Source: an uncultured Acidimicrobiia bacterium (GTDB lineage: Bacteria > Acidobacteriota > Vicinamibacteria > Vicinamibacterales > UBA2999). From it: DNA of 64,000 nt. Below, in pieces: positions 1-9,170 of this stretch. The notes under the pieces were generated by a model. The model was given only the letters and a program-made list of their open reading frames with translations. It was not told where the DNA came from and searched no databases. The position numbers and the translations under genes are program-made. Each line of letters starts with the position of its first letter. The stretch's first letter is position 1. The stretch spans positions 1,175,024 through 1,239,023 of the forward strand of contig CAWCGQ010000001.1 in assembly GCA_963795125.1 (NCBI GenBank), written 5' to 3'.

Positions 1-1308
1 GAGGCGGTTGGCGCCGTGGTCGGAGAAGTTCGCCTCGCCGAGCACGAACAGCCCCGGGATCGTCGACATCAGGTTGTAGTCCACCCACAGGCCGCCCATC
101 GTGTAATGAACGGCGGGGTAGATGCGCATCGGGACCTCGTAGGGGTTCTCGTCGGTGATGCGGCGATACATGTCGAACAGGTTGCCGTAGCGCGCGGCAA
201 TGGTCTCGACGCCGTTGCGCTTGATGGCCTCCGCGAAATCGAGATACACCGACAGGCCCGAATCGCCGGCGCCGCGGCCTTCATCGCACACCGCCTTGGC
301 GGCGCGCGACGCCACGTCGCGCGGCACCAGATTGCCGAAGCTGGGGTAGCGGCGCTCGAGGTAGTAGTCGCGCTCGGCCTCGGGAATCTGCGAGGGGGGA
401 CGCTGGTCGCCTTGCTGGCTGGGCACCCAGACGCGGCCGTCGTTGCGCAGGCTCTCCGACATCAGCGTCAGTTTCGATTGATGTTCGCCGCTGACCGGGA
501 TGCAGGTCGGATGGATTTGCGTGAAGCACGGGTTTGCGAAGAACGCGCCTCGCTTGTGTGCCCGCCAGGCCGCGGTGACGTTCGAGTTCACGGCATTGGT
601 GGAGAGGTAGAACACGGTGCCGTAGCCGCCGGTGCAGAGCAGCACGGCATCGGCCTGGTGCGACTCGAGCGCGCCGGTGACGAGGTTGCGGACCACGATC
701 CCGCGCGCCTGGCCGTCGATGGTCACGAGGTCGAGCATTTCGCGGCGCGGGTAGAGCGTGACGGCACCGGCATCGACCTGGCGCATCAGCGATTGATAGG
801 CCCCGAGCAGGAGCTGCTGGCCCGTCTGCCCGCGCGCGTAAAACGTCCTCGACACCTGCGCGCCGCCGAACGACCGGTTGTCGAGCAGGCCGCCGTACTC
901 GCGCGCGAACGGCACGCCCTGCGCCACGCACTGATCGATGATGCTCACCGAGGTCTGCGCCAGCCGGTAGACGTTGGCCTCGCGCGCCCGGTAGTCGCCG
1001 CCCTTGATGGTGTCGTAGAACAGGCGATAGACGCTGTCGCCATCGTTGCGATAATTCTTGGCGGCGTTGATACCGCCCTGCGCCGCGATGCTGTGGGCGC
1101 GCCGCGGGCTGTCGTGAATGAAGAAAGCCTGGACGTTGTAGCCGAGCTCCCCGAGCGACGACGCCGCCGAGGCGCCGGCCAGGCCGGTGCCGACGACGAT
1201 CACCTGGAACTTGCGGCGGTTGGCGGGGTTGACCAGCTTGTTCTCGAACTTGCGGCGGTCCCACTTGTCGGTAATCGGCCCGCTCGGCGTGCGCGCGTCG
1301 AGGATCAT
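1..1308 (-). CDS. sdhA: succinate dehydrogenase/fumarate reductase flavoprotein subunit (N-terminal part; C-terminus lies beyond the window start)
   Basis: Absent from the ORF track because it runs off the window. My reverse translation from ATG 1308 gives [56 protein letters not shown].., with an FAD GxGxxG motif followed by [17 protein letters not shown] overlap with the sdhC stop. Confidence 0.85.
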   Translation of the reverse strand, partial: MILDARTPSGPITDKWDRRKFENKLVNPANRRKFQVIVVGTGLAGASAASSLGELGYNVQAFFIHDSPRRAHSIAAQGGINAAKNYRNDGDSVYRLFYDTIKGGDYRAREANVYRLAQTSVSIIDQCVAQGVPFAREYGGLLDNRSFGGAQVSRTFYARGQTGQQLLLGAYQSLMRQVDAGAVTLYPRREMLDLVTIDGQARGIVVRNLVTGALESHQADAVLLCTGGYGTVFYLSTNAVNSNVTAAWRAHKRGAFFANPCFTQIHPTCIPVSGEHQSKLTLMSESLRNDGRVWVPSQQGDQRPPSQIPEAERDYYLERRYPSFGNLVPRDVASRAAKAVCDEGRGAGDSGLSVYLDFAEAIKRNGVETIAARYGNLFDMYRRITDENPYEVPMRIYPAVHYTMGGLWVDYNLMSTIPGLFVLGEANFSDHGANRL

Positions 1309-1982
1309 CGCTGCACCCCTGCGAAGAAGGTATAGATCGGCAGCATCGCGAAACCAAGGCCGACGATCACGGCCAGCCCGCGGCCGAGCCACTGCAGGCG
1401 CGGCGTCCACGCCGGGCTGTTCACGCCAAACGACTGCATCGCGCTGGCGGCGCCGTGCCAGAGGTGAAACACGATCACGCCCATGGCGATGATGTAAAAG
1501 GCGACGTAGCCGGGGTGGCTGAACACCGCAAGCTGCAGGCGATAGATGTCGCGGATGCCGTCCGGGGTTTCGTAATACGTCCCGAACTTGAACGTCGCCA
1601 GATGGGTCACGACGAACAGCAGCGTGATGGTGCCGGTGACGATCATCGTCGAGGACGACACGCTCTTCCGGCTGTTCGGGTTCTTGGTCTTCGCCCAGCG
1701 CCGCTTGGCGTAGCCTTGCGGCCGCGCCGAGTAGCTGCCCGCGAACAGGGTGACGGTCTTGATGATGTGCAGCGCGAAGATCACCAGCAGCCCGAGCTCT
1801 GCGACATAGACCAGCGGGTTGCTGGTGAGCCGGTGCGAATACTCGTTGAACGTGTCCGGGCCTGCGATGAACAGCAGATTGCCCGCAAGATGGCCGATCA
1901 AAAAGATGATGAGAAACAGGCCGGTGAGCGCGATCAGAAACTTGGAGCCTATCGATGAGGAAAGCGCTTTATGAGGATGCAT
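1305..1982 (-). CDS. sdhC: succinate dehydrogenase cytochrome b (b558-type) membrane subunit
   Basis: ORF 1305..2102. The likely start is the internal ATG at 1982 ([23 protein letters not shown]..). Five hydrophobic segments with conserved His residues. Immediately upstream of sdhA. Confidence 0.8.
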   Translation of the reverse strand: MHPHKALSSSIGSKFLIALTGLFLIIFLIGHLAGNLLFIAGPDTFNEYSHRLTSNPLVYVAELGLLVIFALHIIKTVTLFAGSYSARPQGYAKRRWAKTKNPNSRKSVSSSTMIVTGTITLLFVVTHLATFKFGTYYETPDGIRDIYRLQLAVFSHPGYVAFYIIAMGVIVFHLWHGAASAMQSFGVNSPAWTPRLQWLGRGLAVIVGLGFAMLPIYTFFAGVQR

Positions 1983-2100
1983 CAATGCCTTACTACTCTT
2001 GATATTAACACTCGCGCAACAACCGCCGAACCGTGCTGCGCAGGGGCGGCAGCAATCCCTCGTCCCGATACCCGGTCCCTGTAATAAACTAGTGCTCTTC

Positions 2101-3279
2101 ATGAAGATTCACGAGTACCAAGCCAAAGCAGTTCTTGCCAAATACGGCGTCCCGGTGCCTCGCGGCGAGGTGGCCTTCACGCCGGAAGAAGTTCACGACA
2201 TCGCCAAGCGCCTCGGCGGGCCGATCTCGGTCGTCAAGGCGCAGATCCACGCCGGCGGCCGCGGCAAGGCCGGCGGCGTCAAGCTCGCCAAGTCCGGCGC
2301 CGAAGCCGAGACCATCGCGCGCGAGCTGCTGGGCAAGACGCTCGTGACGTATCAGACCGGTCCCGATGGACAGAAAGTGTCGCGCCTGCTGGTCGAGGAA
2401 GGCCTCGCCATCGACCGCGAGCTCTATCTCGGCCTGGTCCTCGACCGCTCCTCGAAGCGCATCGTCCTGATGGTCAGCAAGGAGGGCGGCGTCGAGATCG
2501 AGGAAGTGGCGGAGAAGCACCCCGAGAAGCTCCACAAGGTGTTCATCAACCCCGCGGTCGGGCTGCAGCCGTTTGAGGCGCAGCGGCTGGCGTTCGCGCT
2601 TGGGCTGACCGGCGAAGCCGTGAAGAAAGCCGTCAAGACGATGCTGGCGCTGTACCAGGCCTTCATCGCCACCGATGCGTCGATTCTCGAGATCAACCCG
2701 CTGATTGTGACCACGAGCGGCGACCTGCTGGCGCTCGACGCGAAGATGAACTTCGACGACAACGCGCTGTTCCGGCACGCCGATATCCGCGAACTGCGCG
2801 ATACCGCCGAAGAGGATCCACTCGAGGTCGAGGCGTCGAAGTTCTCGCTCAACTACATCCGGCTCGACGGCACGATCGGCTGCATGGTGAACGGCGCCGG
2901 CCTGGCGATGGCGACGATGGACATCATCAAGTTGTCGGGGGGCGCGCCGGCCAACTTCCTGGACGTGGGCGGCGGTGCCAACGCCGAGCAGATCAAGAAC
3001 GCGTTTCGCATCCTGATGGCCGACCAGAACGTCAAGGCCGTGCTGATCAATATCTTCGGCGGCATCCTGCGCTGCGACGTGCTGGCCGCCGGCGTGATTG
3101 CCGCGGTGAAGGAACTGGGCGTGCCGGTGCCGATCGTCATTCGCATGAAAGGCACCAATGTCGAGGAAGGCAAGCAGATGCTTGCCGGGAGCGGGCTGAA
3201 CTTTGCGACCGCCGACACGATGAGTGAGGCCGCGGACAAAGTGGTCGCGCTGGCACGCTCCAAGGATGGGGGTCGCTGA
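2101..3279 (+). CDS. sucC: succinyl-CoA synthetase beta subunit
   Basis: [22 protein letters not shown].. is a canonical SucC N-terminus. The start was moved to ATG 2101 within ORF 1999..3279. Confidence 0.95.
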   Translation: MKIHEYQAKAVLAKYGVPVPRGEVAFTPEEVHDIAKRLGGPISVVKAQIHAGGRGKAGGVKLAKSGAEAETIARELLGKTLVTYQTGPDGQKVSRLLVEEGLAIDRELYLGLVLDRSSKRIVLMVSKEGGVEIEEVAEKHPEKLHKVFINPAVGLQPFEAQRLAFALGLTGEAVKKAVKTMLALYQAFIATDASILEINPLIVTTSGDLLALDAKMNFDDNALFRHADIRELRDTAEEDPLEVEASKFSLNYIRLDGTIGCMVNGAGLAMATMDIIKLSGGAPANFLDVGGGANAEQIKNAFRILMADQNVKAVLINIFGGILRCDVLAAGVIAAVKELGVPVPIVIRMKGTNVEEGKQMLAGSGLNFATADTMSEAADKVVALARSKDGGR

Positions 3280-4154
3280 TGGCGGTGCTACTCGACAACA
3301 ACACACGGCTGCTGGTGCAGGGCATTACCGGCCGCGAAGGCACCTTCCACGCCAAGGCCGCGCAGGCGTATCACACCACGGTGGTCGGCGGCGTCACTCC
3401 GGGCAAGGGCGGCACGACCCACGAGGGCTGGCCGGTCTTCAACACCGTGGCCGACGCGGTGCAGCAAACCGGCGCGAATGCCTCGGTGATCTTCGTCCCG
3501 CCGCCGTTTGCGGCCGACGCGATCATGGAAGCGGCGGATGCCGGCGTCGAACTTGTGGTCTGCATCACCGAGGGCATTCCGGTAGTGGACATGATGAAGG
3601 CGATGACGTTTCTCAACGACCATCCCAACACCCGGCTGATCGGACCGAACTGCCCGGGCATCATCTCGCCGGGCAAGGGCAAGGCCGGCATCATCCCGGC
3701 GAACATCTGCAAGGAAGGCCGCATCGGCATCGTGTCGAAGAGCGGCACGCTGACCTACGAGGCAATCGATCAGCTGACCCGCCACGGGCTGGGCCAGAGC
3801 ACCTGCATCGGCATCGGCGGCGATCCGCTGATCGGCACCACCCATATCGACGCGCTCGGGTTGTTCCAGAACGATCCGGAAACCGATGCGGTGATCATGA
3901 TTGGTGAAATCGGCGGCTCGGCCGAGGAAGAAGCCGCCGCGTGGATCAAGCAGCACTTCAAGAAGCCGATTGTCGCGTTCATCGCCGGGCAGACGGCGCC
4001 CCCGGGACGCCGCATGGGGCACGCGGGCGCGATTATCGCCGGCGGCAAGGGCACCGCGGCCGAGAAGATGGCTGCCCTGACGGCGGCCGGCGTGCGAGTG
4101 GTGAAAAGCCCGGCCGACATGGGCCAGGCGCTGATTGAGGTGATGAAGAAGTAG
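3279..4154 (+). CDS. sucD: succinyl-CoA synthetase alpha subunit
   Basis: [24 protein letters not shown].. is a full-length SucD-like sequence. Its start overlaps the sucC stop. Confidence 0.95.
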   Translation: MAVLLDNNTRLLVQGITGREGTFHAKAAQAYHTTVVGGVTPGKGGTTHEGWPVFNTVADAVQQTGANASVIFVPPPFAADAIMEAADAGVELVVCITEGIPVVDMMKAMTFLNDHPNTRLIGPNCPGIISPGKGKAGIIPANICKEGRIGIVSKSGTLTYEAIDQLTRHGLGQSTCIGIGGDPLIGTTHIDALGLFQNDPETDAVIMIGEIGGSAEEEAAAWIKQHFKKPIVAFIAGQTAPPGRRMGHAGAIIAGGKGTAAEKMAALTAAGVRVVKSPADMGQALIEVMKK

Positions 4155-4283
4155 CCAGTAGACAGATGGCAGTAGACAGATGCCAGTAACCAGAAGCCAG
4201 TAGACAGATGCCAGTAGCCAGAAAAAACCTGGTCTGGCTACCGGCTACTGGCTACCGGTCTACTGGCTTCCGGCTACTGGCTT
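4153..4283. repeat. imperfect long palindrome built from GCCAGTAG / CAGTAGC short tandem units (probable bidirectional terminator, REP-like)
   Basis: The left arm is GCCAGTAGACAGAT-type units ending GCCAGTAGCCAGA (4210-4222), followed by an A-rich loop. The right arm TCTGGCTACCGGCTACTGGCT.. is an approximate complement. It lies between convergent genes. Confidence 0.7.
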
Positions 4284-4795
4284 CCGGCTACTGAACAGGT
4301 GGCCGAGGTCATTTTGATCTCATCGACCTTCAGCTTGAGCAGCGTGATTGGAATGTCATTCTTGTTGGGATGACCGGCGGGGTTCACGTCCGCGTTGGCG
4401 GCGGGCGTGACGACGTCCCTGCCGGGGCCTTCGATCTCCACGTTGAGGCCCATGCCGCTGTCGCCGGCCTTGAACTCGATCTCGGATTTCTCGACGTCGG
4501 AAATCTTGCCGATCACCTGGATGGTGTGGCCGAGGTGCGCTTTCATGTCTTTCCCGGCCTTGTCGATCCAGTAGTAGCGCTTGCCGAACTTACCCATGTC
4601 GCTGTTGGCGATCGGCCATTCGCGCACGTTGGTCAAGACATAGGTGTCCTTCTTTTCCGCGGCCACCACGCAACCCTGCAGGGTGACCGTGGCGCCTTTC
4701 TCGTACTTCTGGCCGTCGCCTTGCGCACCAGCCGAAACCGCCGACATACCGGCCCCGAAGCCAAGTGCCACGACGAGTGCAATCGCAGTCTTCAT
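4274..4795 (-). CDS. hypothetical secreted protein (signal peptide)
   Basis: ORF 4274..4834. Probable start MKTAIALVVALGFGAGMSAVSAGAQG (Sec signal). Non-shadow amino-acid composition. No family recognised. Confidence 0.6.
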   Translation of the reverse strand: MKTAIALVVALGFGAGMSAVSAGAQGDGQKYEKGATVTLQGCVVAAEKKDTYVLTNVREWPIANSDMGKFGKRYYWIDKAGKDMKAHLGHTIQVIGKISDVEKSEIEFKAGDSGMGLNVEIEGPGRDVVTPAANADVNPAGHPNKNDIPITLLKLKVDEIKMTSATCSVAGSQ

Positions 4796-4863
4796 GTGAA
4801 TCCCCCCGGGACCAAGGTGCACAAAGGCTGCCAAAGCGGGACAACTCGGCTATACTCGCCCGC

Positions 4864-5010
4864 GTGGATGTGATGGCCCAGTCCCTTAACTCGTTTACCA
4901 ACAGCGGCTTTAGCGCCGCGGGTGGCGGAACCTAGCTCCGGGCCGAACCGCGAAGCTCAGCGGATCGCACACCGCCGCCCAGGACGACCTGAGGCGGTGG
5001 TTTCTTTTTA
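4864..5010 (+). promoter_or_regulatory. pheA 5' leader: short leader ORF plus intrinsic terminator (candidate attenuator)
   Basis: Hairpin CACCGCC..GGCGGTG (4970-4999) followed by TTTCTTTTT (5001-5009), 11 nt before the pheA ATG. There is no upstream plus-strand gene to terminate. Leader ORF 4873-4935 encodes MAQSLNSFTNSGFSAAGGGT. GGGTGGCGG (4919-4927) can pair with the terminator 5' arm. Confidence 0.5.
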
Positions 5011-5020
5011 GGGCAACACG

Positions 5021-6163
5021 ATGACCAGTCAGGATCTTGCGGCGCTACGGAAGAGTCTCGACGATATCGATGCCGTCCTGGTGACGGCGCTCGGGGAGCG
5101 CGCGCGGCTGTCGCGACAGATTGCCGACGTCAAAGCGGGTAATGACGGCCCGGTGCGCGACGTCGACCGCGAGACGGCGCTGCTGCAGCACCGCTCGACC
5201 TTCGGCGAGCGCGTGGGTCTCGATCCGGCGTTCGTGCGGCGCATCTTTCGCGAGATCCTGGACGACTCGGTGCGGCGCCAGCAGGGTGCGCTGCAAAACA
5301 GCGCCACCGATGCGCAGCAGGAGATTCGCGTCGCCTTCCAGGGGACCGAAGGCGCCTACGGCCACCAGGCGGCGCTGCAGCACTTCGCCGTCGTGCAGCG
5401 GCCGGTCGGCTTCAAGGCCTACGGCAGTTTCCGGAGCATGCTCGAGGCGGTGATCGAAGGCCACGTCGATCGCGCGCTGCTGCCGATCGAAAACACCACC
5501 GCGGGATCGGTCTACGAGTCGTATGACCTGCTCCTCAGATTCAACCTCTCGCTGGTCGGCGAGGAGATTGTCGACGTGCGCCACTGCCTGCTCGGCGTCA
5601 GCGATGTGCCGGTGGCGTCGTTGCGCCGCGTGCACTCGCATCCACAGGCGCTGTCGCAGTGCAGCGAGTTCCTGGCGACGCTGCCTGACTGCGAGGGGGT
5701 GAGCGCGGCGAACACCGCGCTGGCGGCCAGGCACGTGCGCGACCTCAACAGCCCGACCGAAGCGGCAATCGCCAGCGAGGAAGCCGGCGTCCACTTCGGC
5801 CTGACGGTCTTGCAGCGGGACATTGCCAACCAGGCCGTGAACTACACGCGCTTCGTGGTGGTGGCGGCGTCGCCCGAGGAGTGCGATCCGCGCATCGCCG
5901 CGAAGGTGTCGATGGTCCTGTCGACGCGGCACGAGCACGGGGCGCTGGTGCGCTGCCTGAACGTCATCGCCGGCGAAGGCCTGAATGTCACCAAGCTCGA
6001 GTCCCGGCCGAGGCCGGGGACGCCCTGGGAGTACGTGTTCTACATCGACGTGGAAGGGCACATCGCCTCGCCGCGGATGCAGGCGGCGCTGGCCGGCCTG
6101 GCGGAGCGGACGGTGTTCGTGAAGGTGCTGGGCTGCTACCCGGCCAGGGAATTGCCTCGCTAG
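5021..6163 (+). CDS. pheA: bifunctional chorismate mutase / prephenate dehydratase (P-protein)
   Basis: N-terminal chorismate mutase helix domain, then a prephenate dehydratase domain ([17 protein letters not shown]) and a C-terminal ACT-like region. Confidence 0.9.
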   Translation: MTSQDLAALRKSLDDIDAVLVTALGERARLSRQIADVKAGNDGPVRDVDRETALLQHRSTFGERVGLDPAFVRRIFREILDDSVRRQQGALQNSATDAQQEIRVAFQGTEGAYGHQAALQHFAVVQRPVGFKAYGSFRSMLEAVIEGHVDRALLPIENTTAGSVYESYDLLLRFNLSLVGEEIVDVRHCLLGVSDVPVASLRRVHSHPQALSQCSEFLATLPDCEGVSAANTALAARHVRDLNSPTEAAIASEEAGVHFGLTVLQRDIANQAVNYTRFVVVAASPEECDPRIAAKVSMVLSTRHEHGALVRCLNVIAGEGLNVTKLESRPRPGTPWEYVFYIDVEGHIASPRMQAALAGLAERTVFVKVLGCYPARELPR

Positions 6164-6198
6164 CCGCTTGCCGGGATGCAGCGCGAGCGTCGGCGGAC

Positions 6199-6204
6199 TA
6201 TAAT
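6199..6204 (+). promoter_or_regulatory. possible -10 box (TATAAT) for ndk; would give a near-leaderless transcript
   Basis: A perfect TATAAT lies 9 nt upstream of the ndk ATG (6214). No clear SD sequence lies in between. Confidence 0.3.
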
Positions 6205-6213
6205 CGATCGGAT

Positions 6214-6624
6214 ATGGAACGAACGTTTGCCATCATTAAACCGGATGCGGTCAAGAAGGGCGTCGCCGGGCAGATCCTGGCGCGCATCGAGGCCGCGGGC
6301 TTCAGGCTGGTGGCCATGCGCATGATTCACATGAGCAAGGCCGAAGCCGAGGGCTTCTACTACGTGCACCAGGCCCGCCCGTTCTTCGGCGGCCTCACCG
6401 ATTTCATGTCGTCGGGCCCGTGCGTCGTGCTGTGCCTCGAGGCCGAGGGCGCGATCAAGAAGTGGCGCGACCTGATGGGCGCCACCGACCCCGCGAAGGC
6501 GGACGCCGGCACGATGCGCAAGGACTTCGGCGCGTCGATCGACAACAATGCGACGCACGGTTCGGACGCGCCCGAGACCGCGGCATTCGAGCTCGGCTAC
6601 TTCTTCCGGGGCATGGAGCTGTAG
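6214..6624 (+). CDS. ndk: nucleoside diphosphate kinase
   Basis: [30 protein letters not shown].. with NATHGSD. Start taken at the internal ATG 6214 of ORF 5881..6624. Confidence 0.95.
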   Translation: MERTFAIIKPDAVKKGVAGQILARIEAAGFRLVAMRMIHMSKAEAEGFYYVHQARPFFGGLTDFMSSGPCVVLCLEAEGAIKKWRDLMGATDPAKADAGTMRKDFGASIDNNATHGSDAPETAAFELGYFFRGMEL

Positions 6625-6628
6625 GCCG

Positions 6629-7183
6629 ATGGCCATCAAGGCAGATCGCTGGATCCGCAAGATGGCCCTCGAGCACGGCATGATCGAGCCGTTCGAGGAT
6701 CGGCAGGTGCGGGCCGGCGTGGTCTGGTACGGCGTCTCGTCGTACGGCTACGACTGCCGGGTGGGCAACGAGTTCAAGGTGTTCACCAACGTCTACAACA
6801 CGGTGGTCGACCCGAAGAACTTCGATCCGAAGTCGTTCGTGGATATCACCGGCGAGGTGTGCATCGTGCCGCCGAATTCCTTTGCGTTGGCGTCGACGGT
6901 GGAATACTTCCGCATCCCGCGCGACGTCCTGACGGTGTGCCTCGGCAAGTCGACGTATGCCCGCTGCGGCATCATCGTCAATGTCACCCCGTTCGAGCCG
7001 GAATGGGAAGGTCACGTCACGATCGAGATTTCGAACACCACGCCGCTGCCGGCAAAGATCTACGCCAACGAAGGTATTGCGCAGGTGTTGTTCTTCCAGA
7101 GCGACGAGCCGTGCGAGATTTCCTACAAGGACAAGAAGGGCAAGTACCAGGCGCAGCGCGGCGTCACACTGCCTAAGATTTGA
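6629..7183 (+). CDS. dcd: dCTP deaminase
   Basis: [22 protein letters not shown].. and ..[27 protein letters not shown] are typical of Dcd. Start at ATG 6629. Confidence 0.9.
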   Translation: MAIKADRWIRKMALEHGMIEPFEDRQVRAGVVWYGVSSYGYDCRVGNEFKVFTNVYNTVVDPKNFDPKSFVDITGEVCIVPPNSFALASTVEYFRIPRDVLTVCLGKSTYARCGIIVNVTPFEPEWEGHVTIEISNTTPLPAKIYANEGIAQVLFFQSDEPCEISYKDKKGKYQAQRGVTLPKI

Positions 7184-7210
7184 TGACTCAAGGGCCCGAG
7201 GCCTCGAGAC

Positions 7211-7285
7211 CCTGACCACCCGACGACCTGACTGCCTGACAACCTGACTGCCTGACAACCTGACCAACCTGACTGCCTGACCACC
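7211..7285 (+). repeat. 8-bp-period tandem repeat CCTGACNN (about 8 copies) abutting the next start codon, preceded by palindrome 7192-7212
   Basis: CCTGAC starts at 7211, 7227, 7235, 7243, 7251, 7259, 7268 and 7276. The ATG of the downstream gene is at 7286. GGGCCCGAGGCCTCGAGACCC lies just upstream. Confidence 0.85.
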
Positions 7286-7792
7286 ATGCTTCGCAGCTTC
7301 AAGAACATCCTGCCGGCGGTCGACGCGAGCGCCTATGTCGACCAGAGCGCTCAAGTGATCGGCGACGTGCACATCGGCCCCGAATCATCGGTGTGGATGA
7401 ACGTGGTGATTCGCGGCGACGTCAATCACATCCGCATCGGCCGGCGCACCAACATCCAGGATCTCACCATGATCCACGTGATGCGCGAGACGCATCCGAC
7501 GATCATCGGCGATGAAGTCACGGTCGGCCATTCCGCCGTGGTGCACGGCACCACGATCGAGGACCGGGTGCTGATCGGCATGGGCGCGGTGTTGTTGAAC
7601 GGCGTGCATATCGAACACGACTGCGTGATCGCCGCCGGCACGTTGCTGACCGAGGGCATCCGCATTCCCGCCCGATCGCTGGTAATGGGCCGTCCCGGCA
7701 AAGTGAAGCGGCAACTGACCGACGACGAGGTGGCCGAGATTCGCTGGTACTCCGACAACTACGTGCGGTACCGACTGGACTACGCGACGTGA
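7286..7792 (+). CDS. gamma-carbonic-anhydrase-like / left-handed beta-helix (hexapeptide repeat) protein
   Basis: ..SAYVDQSAQVIGDVHIGPESSVWMNVVIRGDVNHIRIGRRTNIQD.. matches the YrdA/PaaY-like hexapeptide pattern. Confidence 0.85.
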   Translation: MLRSFKNILPAVDASAYVDQSAQVIGDVHIGPESSVWMNVVIRGDVNHIRIGRRTNIQDLTMIHVMRETHPTIIGDEVTVGHSAVVHGTTIEDRVLIGMGAVLLNGVHIEHDCVIAAGTLLTEGIRIPARSLVMGRPGKVKRQLTDDEVAEIRWYSDNYVRYRLDYAT

Positions 7793-9129
7793 ATACCGGT
7801 CCAGCCCGCGGGATGCGCGATTTCCTGCCGGACGATGTGCGGCGGCGGCAGTACGTGATCGGCGTCATTGCCGACGTCTACCAGAAGTACGCCTTCGAGC
7901 CGCTCGAGACGCCGGCCGTCGAGAATATCGAAACCCTGCAGGGCAAGTACGGCGAAGAGGGCGATCGCCTGATCTTCAAGATCCTGAAGCGCGGCGAGGG
8001 GGCGGACACCGGCCAGGCCGACCTGGCGCTGCGCTACGACCTCACCGTCCCGCTCGCGCGAGTTGTCGCCGAGTACCGCGCCAAGCTGCCGAAGTTCTTC
8101 AAGCGTTATCAGGTGCAGCCGGTGTGGCGCGCCGACCGGCCGCAGAAGGGCCGGTTTCGCGAGTTCTACCAGTGCGACGTGGATGCGATCGGGTCGACGT
8201 CGATGACGGTCGAGGCCGAGCTGCTGTCGGCGGCGGCGGATGTGTTTCTCGCGCTCGGCTTCACGGATTTCACCATCGTCGTCAATCACCGCAAGCTGCT
8301 CAATGCCGTGCTGGCCCACGCCGGCGTGCCTGCCGAGCTGCACGGCGCAGCGCTGGTGATCATCGACAAGGCGGACAAGATCGGCATCGACGGCGTCCGC
8401 CGGGAGCTTGCCGGCAAGGGGCTCGCCGGCAGCGTCGCGGACACGCTGCTCGAGCAGCTGTCGAGCACGCCGCCGGACGACCTGGCTGCGTGGATCGCTC
8501 ACCAGGCGTCGATCCTCAACGACGAGGGCAAGGCCGGACTCGAGGACCTGCGGCAGATCATCGCGCTTTGCCGGCACACCAGCGCCGGCCCCTACCTGAC
8601 GCTCGATCGCAGCCTGGCGCGCGGGCTGTCGTATTACACCGGGCCGATTTTCGAGATTCGGGTGGCCGATCTCGCCGGCAGCCTCGGCGGCGGCGGGCGC
8701 TATGACAATCTGGTCGGCATGTTCTCCGGTGAGCAGGTTCCCGCAAGCGGCATCTCGCTCGGCCTCGAGCGCATTCTCGTGGTGATGGGCGAGCGCAGCA
8801 TGTTCCCGGAGGCGGTGGTGTCGACGCCGGCTGACGTGATGGTGGTGCAGTGGTTCGCCCACCGCGCCGACCTCTATCTGTCGCTGGCGACCGAGCTGCG
8901 GCAGGCCGGCCTGCGCGTCGAACTCTATCCGGACGCGCCGGCTGAAGACGGCAAGAAGGTTGGCGACAGGCAATTCAAGTACGCGTCGGCGCGCGGCATC
9001 CCGTACGTCGCGGTGATCGGTGCGGACGAACTGGCAAAGGATGCGGTAACGGTCAAGAATATGAAGACCGGCGTGCAAGTGACGGTACCGCGCTCTGACG
9101 TCCACAGGATCCTCGTAGAACCGTCGTAG
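7789..9129 (+). CDS. hisS: histidine--tRNA ligase
   Basis: ..ARGMRDFLPDDVRRRQYV.. and class II aaRS motifs. GTG start overlaps the previous stop (GTGA). Confidence 0.95.
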   Translation: MNTGPARGMRDFLPDDVRRRQYVIGVIADVYQKYAFEPLETPAVENIETLQGKYGEEGDRLIFKILKRGEGADTGQADLALRYDLTVPLARVVAEYRAKLPKFFKRYQVQPVWRADRPQKGRFREFYQCDVDAIGSTSMTVEAELLSAAADVFLALGFTDFTIVVNHRKLLNAVLAHAGVPAELHGAALVIIDKADKIGIDGVRRELAGKGLAGSVADTLLEQLSSTPPDDLAAWIAHQASILNDEGKAGLEDLRQIIALCRHTSAGPYLTLDRSLARGLSYYTGPIFEIRVADLAGSLGGGGRYDNLVGMFSGEQVPASGISLGLERILVVMGERSMFPEAVVSTPADVMVVQWFAHRADLYLSLATELRQAGLRVELYPDAPAEDGKKVGDRQFKYASARGIPYVAVIGADELAKDAVTVKNMKTGVQVTVPRSDVHRILVEPS

Positions 9130-9169
9130 AACCTGTCGTCGTAGAACCGTCGTAGAACGATCGTAGAAC
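9114..9169 (+). repeat. tandem CGTAGAAC core repeated 5 times at mostly 11-bp spacing, spanning the hisS stop up to the aspS start
   Basis: Cores start at 9114, 9125, 9140, 9151 and 9162. The hisS stop TAG (9127-9129) lies inside copy 2. The aspS ATG is at 9171. Confidence 0.85.
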
Positions 9170-9170
9170 A

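Noticed and set aside
4912-4935. T-box-like GGGTGG element in the pheA leader.
   Set aside because: Only GGGTGG matches the T-box core (..GGGTGGTACCGCG..). There is no specifier-loop or stem I architecture, and the leader is under 190 nt. A leader-peptide attenuator explains the structure better.
7211-9169. Tandem repeats at 7211-7285 and 9114-9169 as possible mini-CRISPR arrays.
   Set aside because: The units are 8-11 bp with 0-7 bp 'spacers', far below CRISPR repeat and spacer sizes. No cas genes are present.
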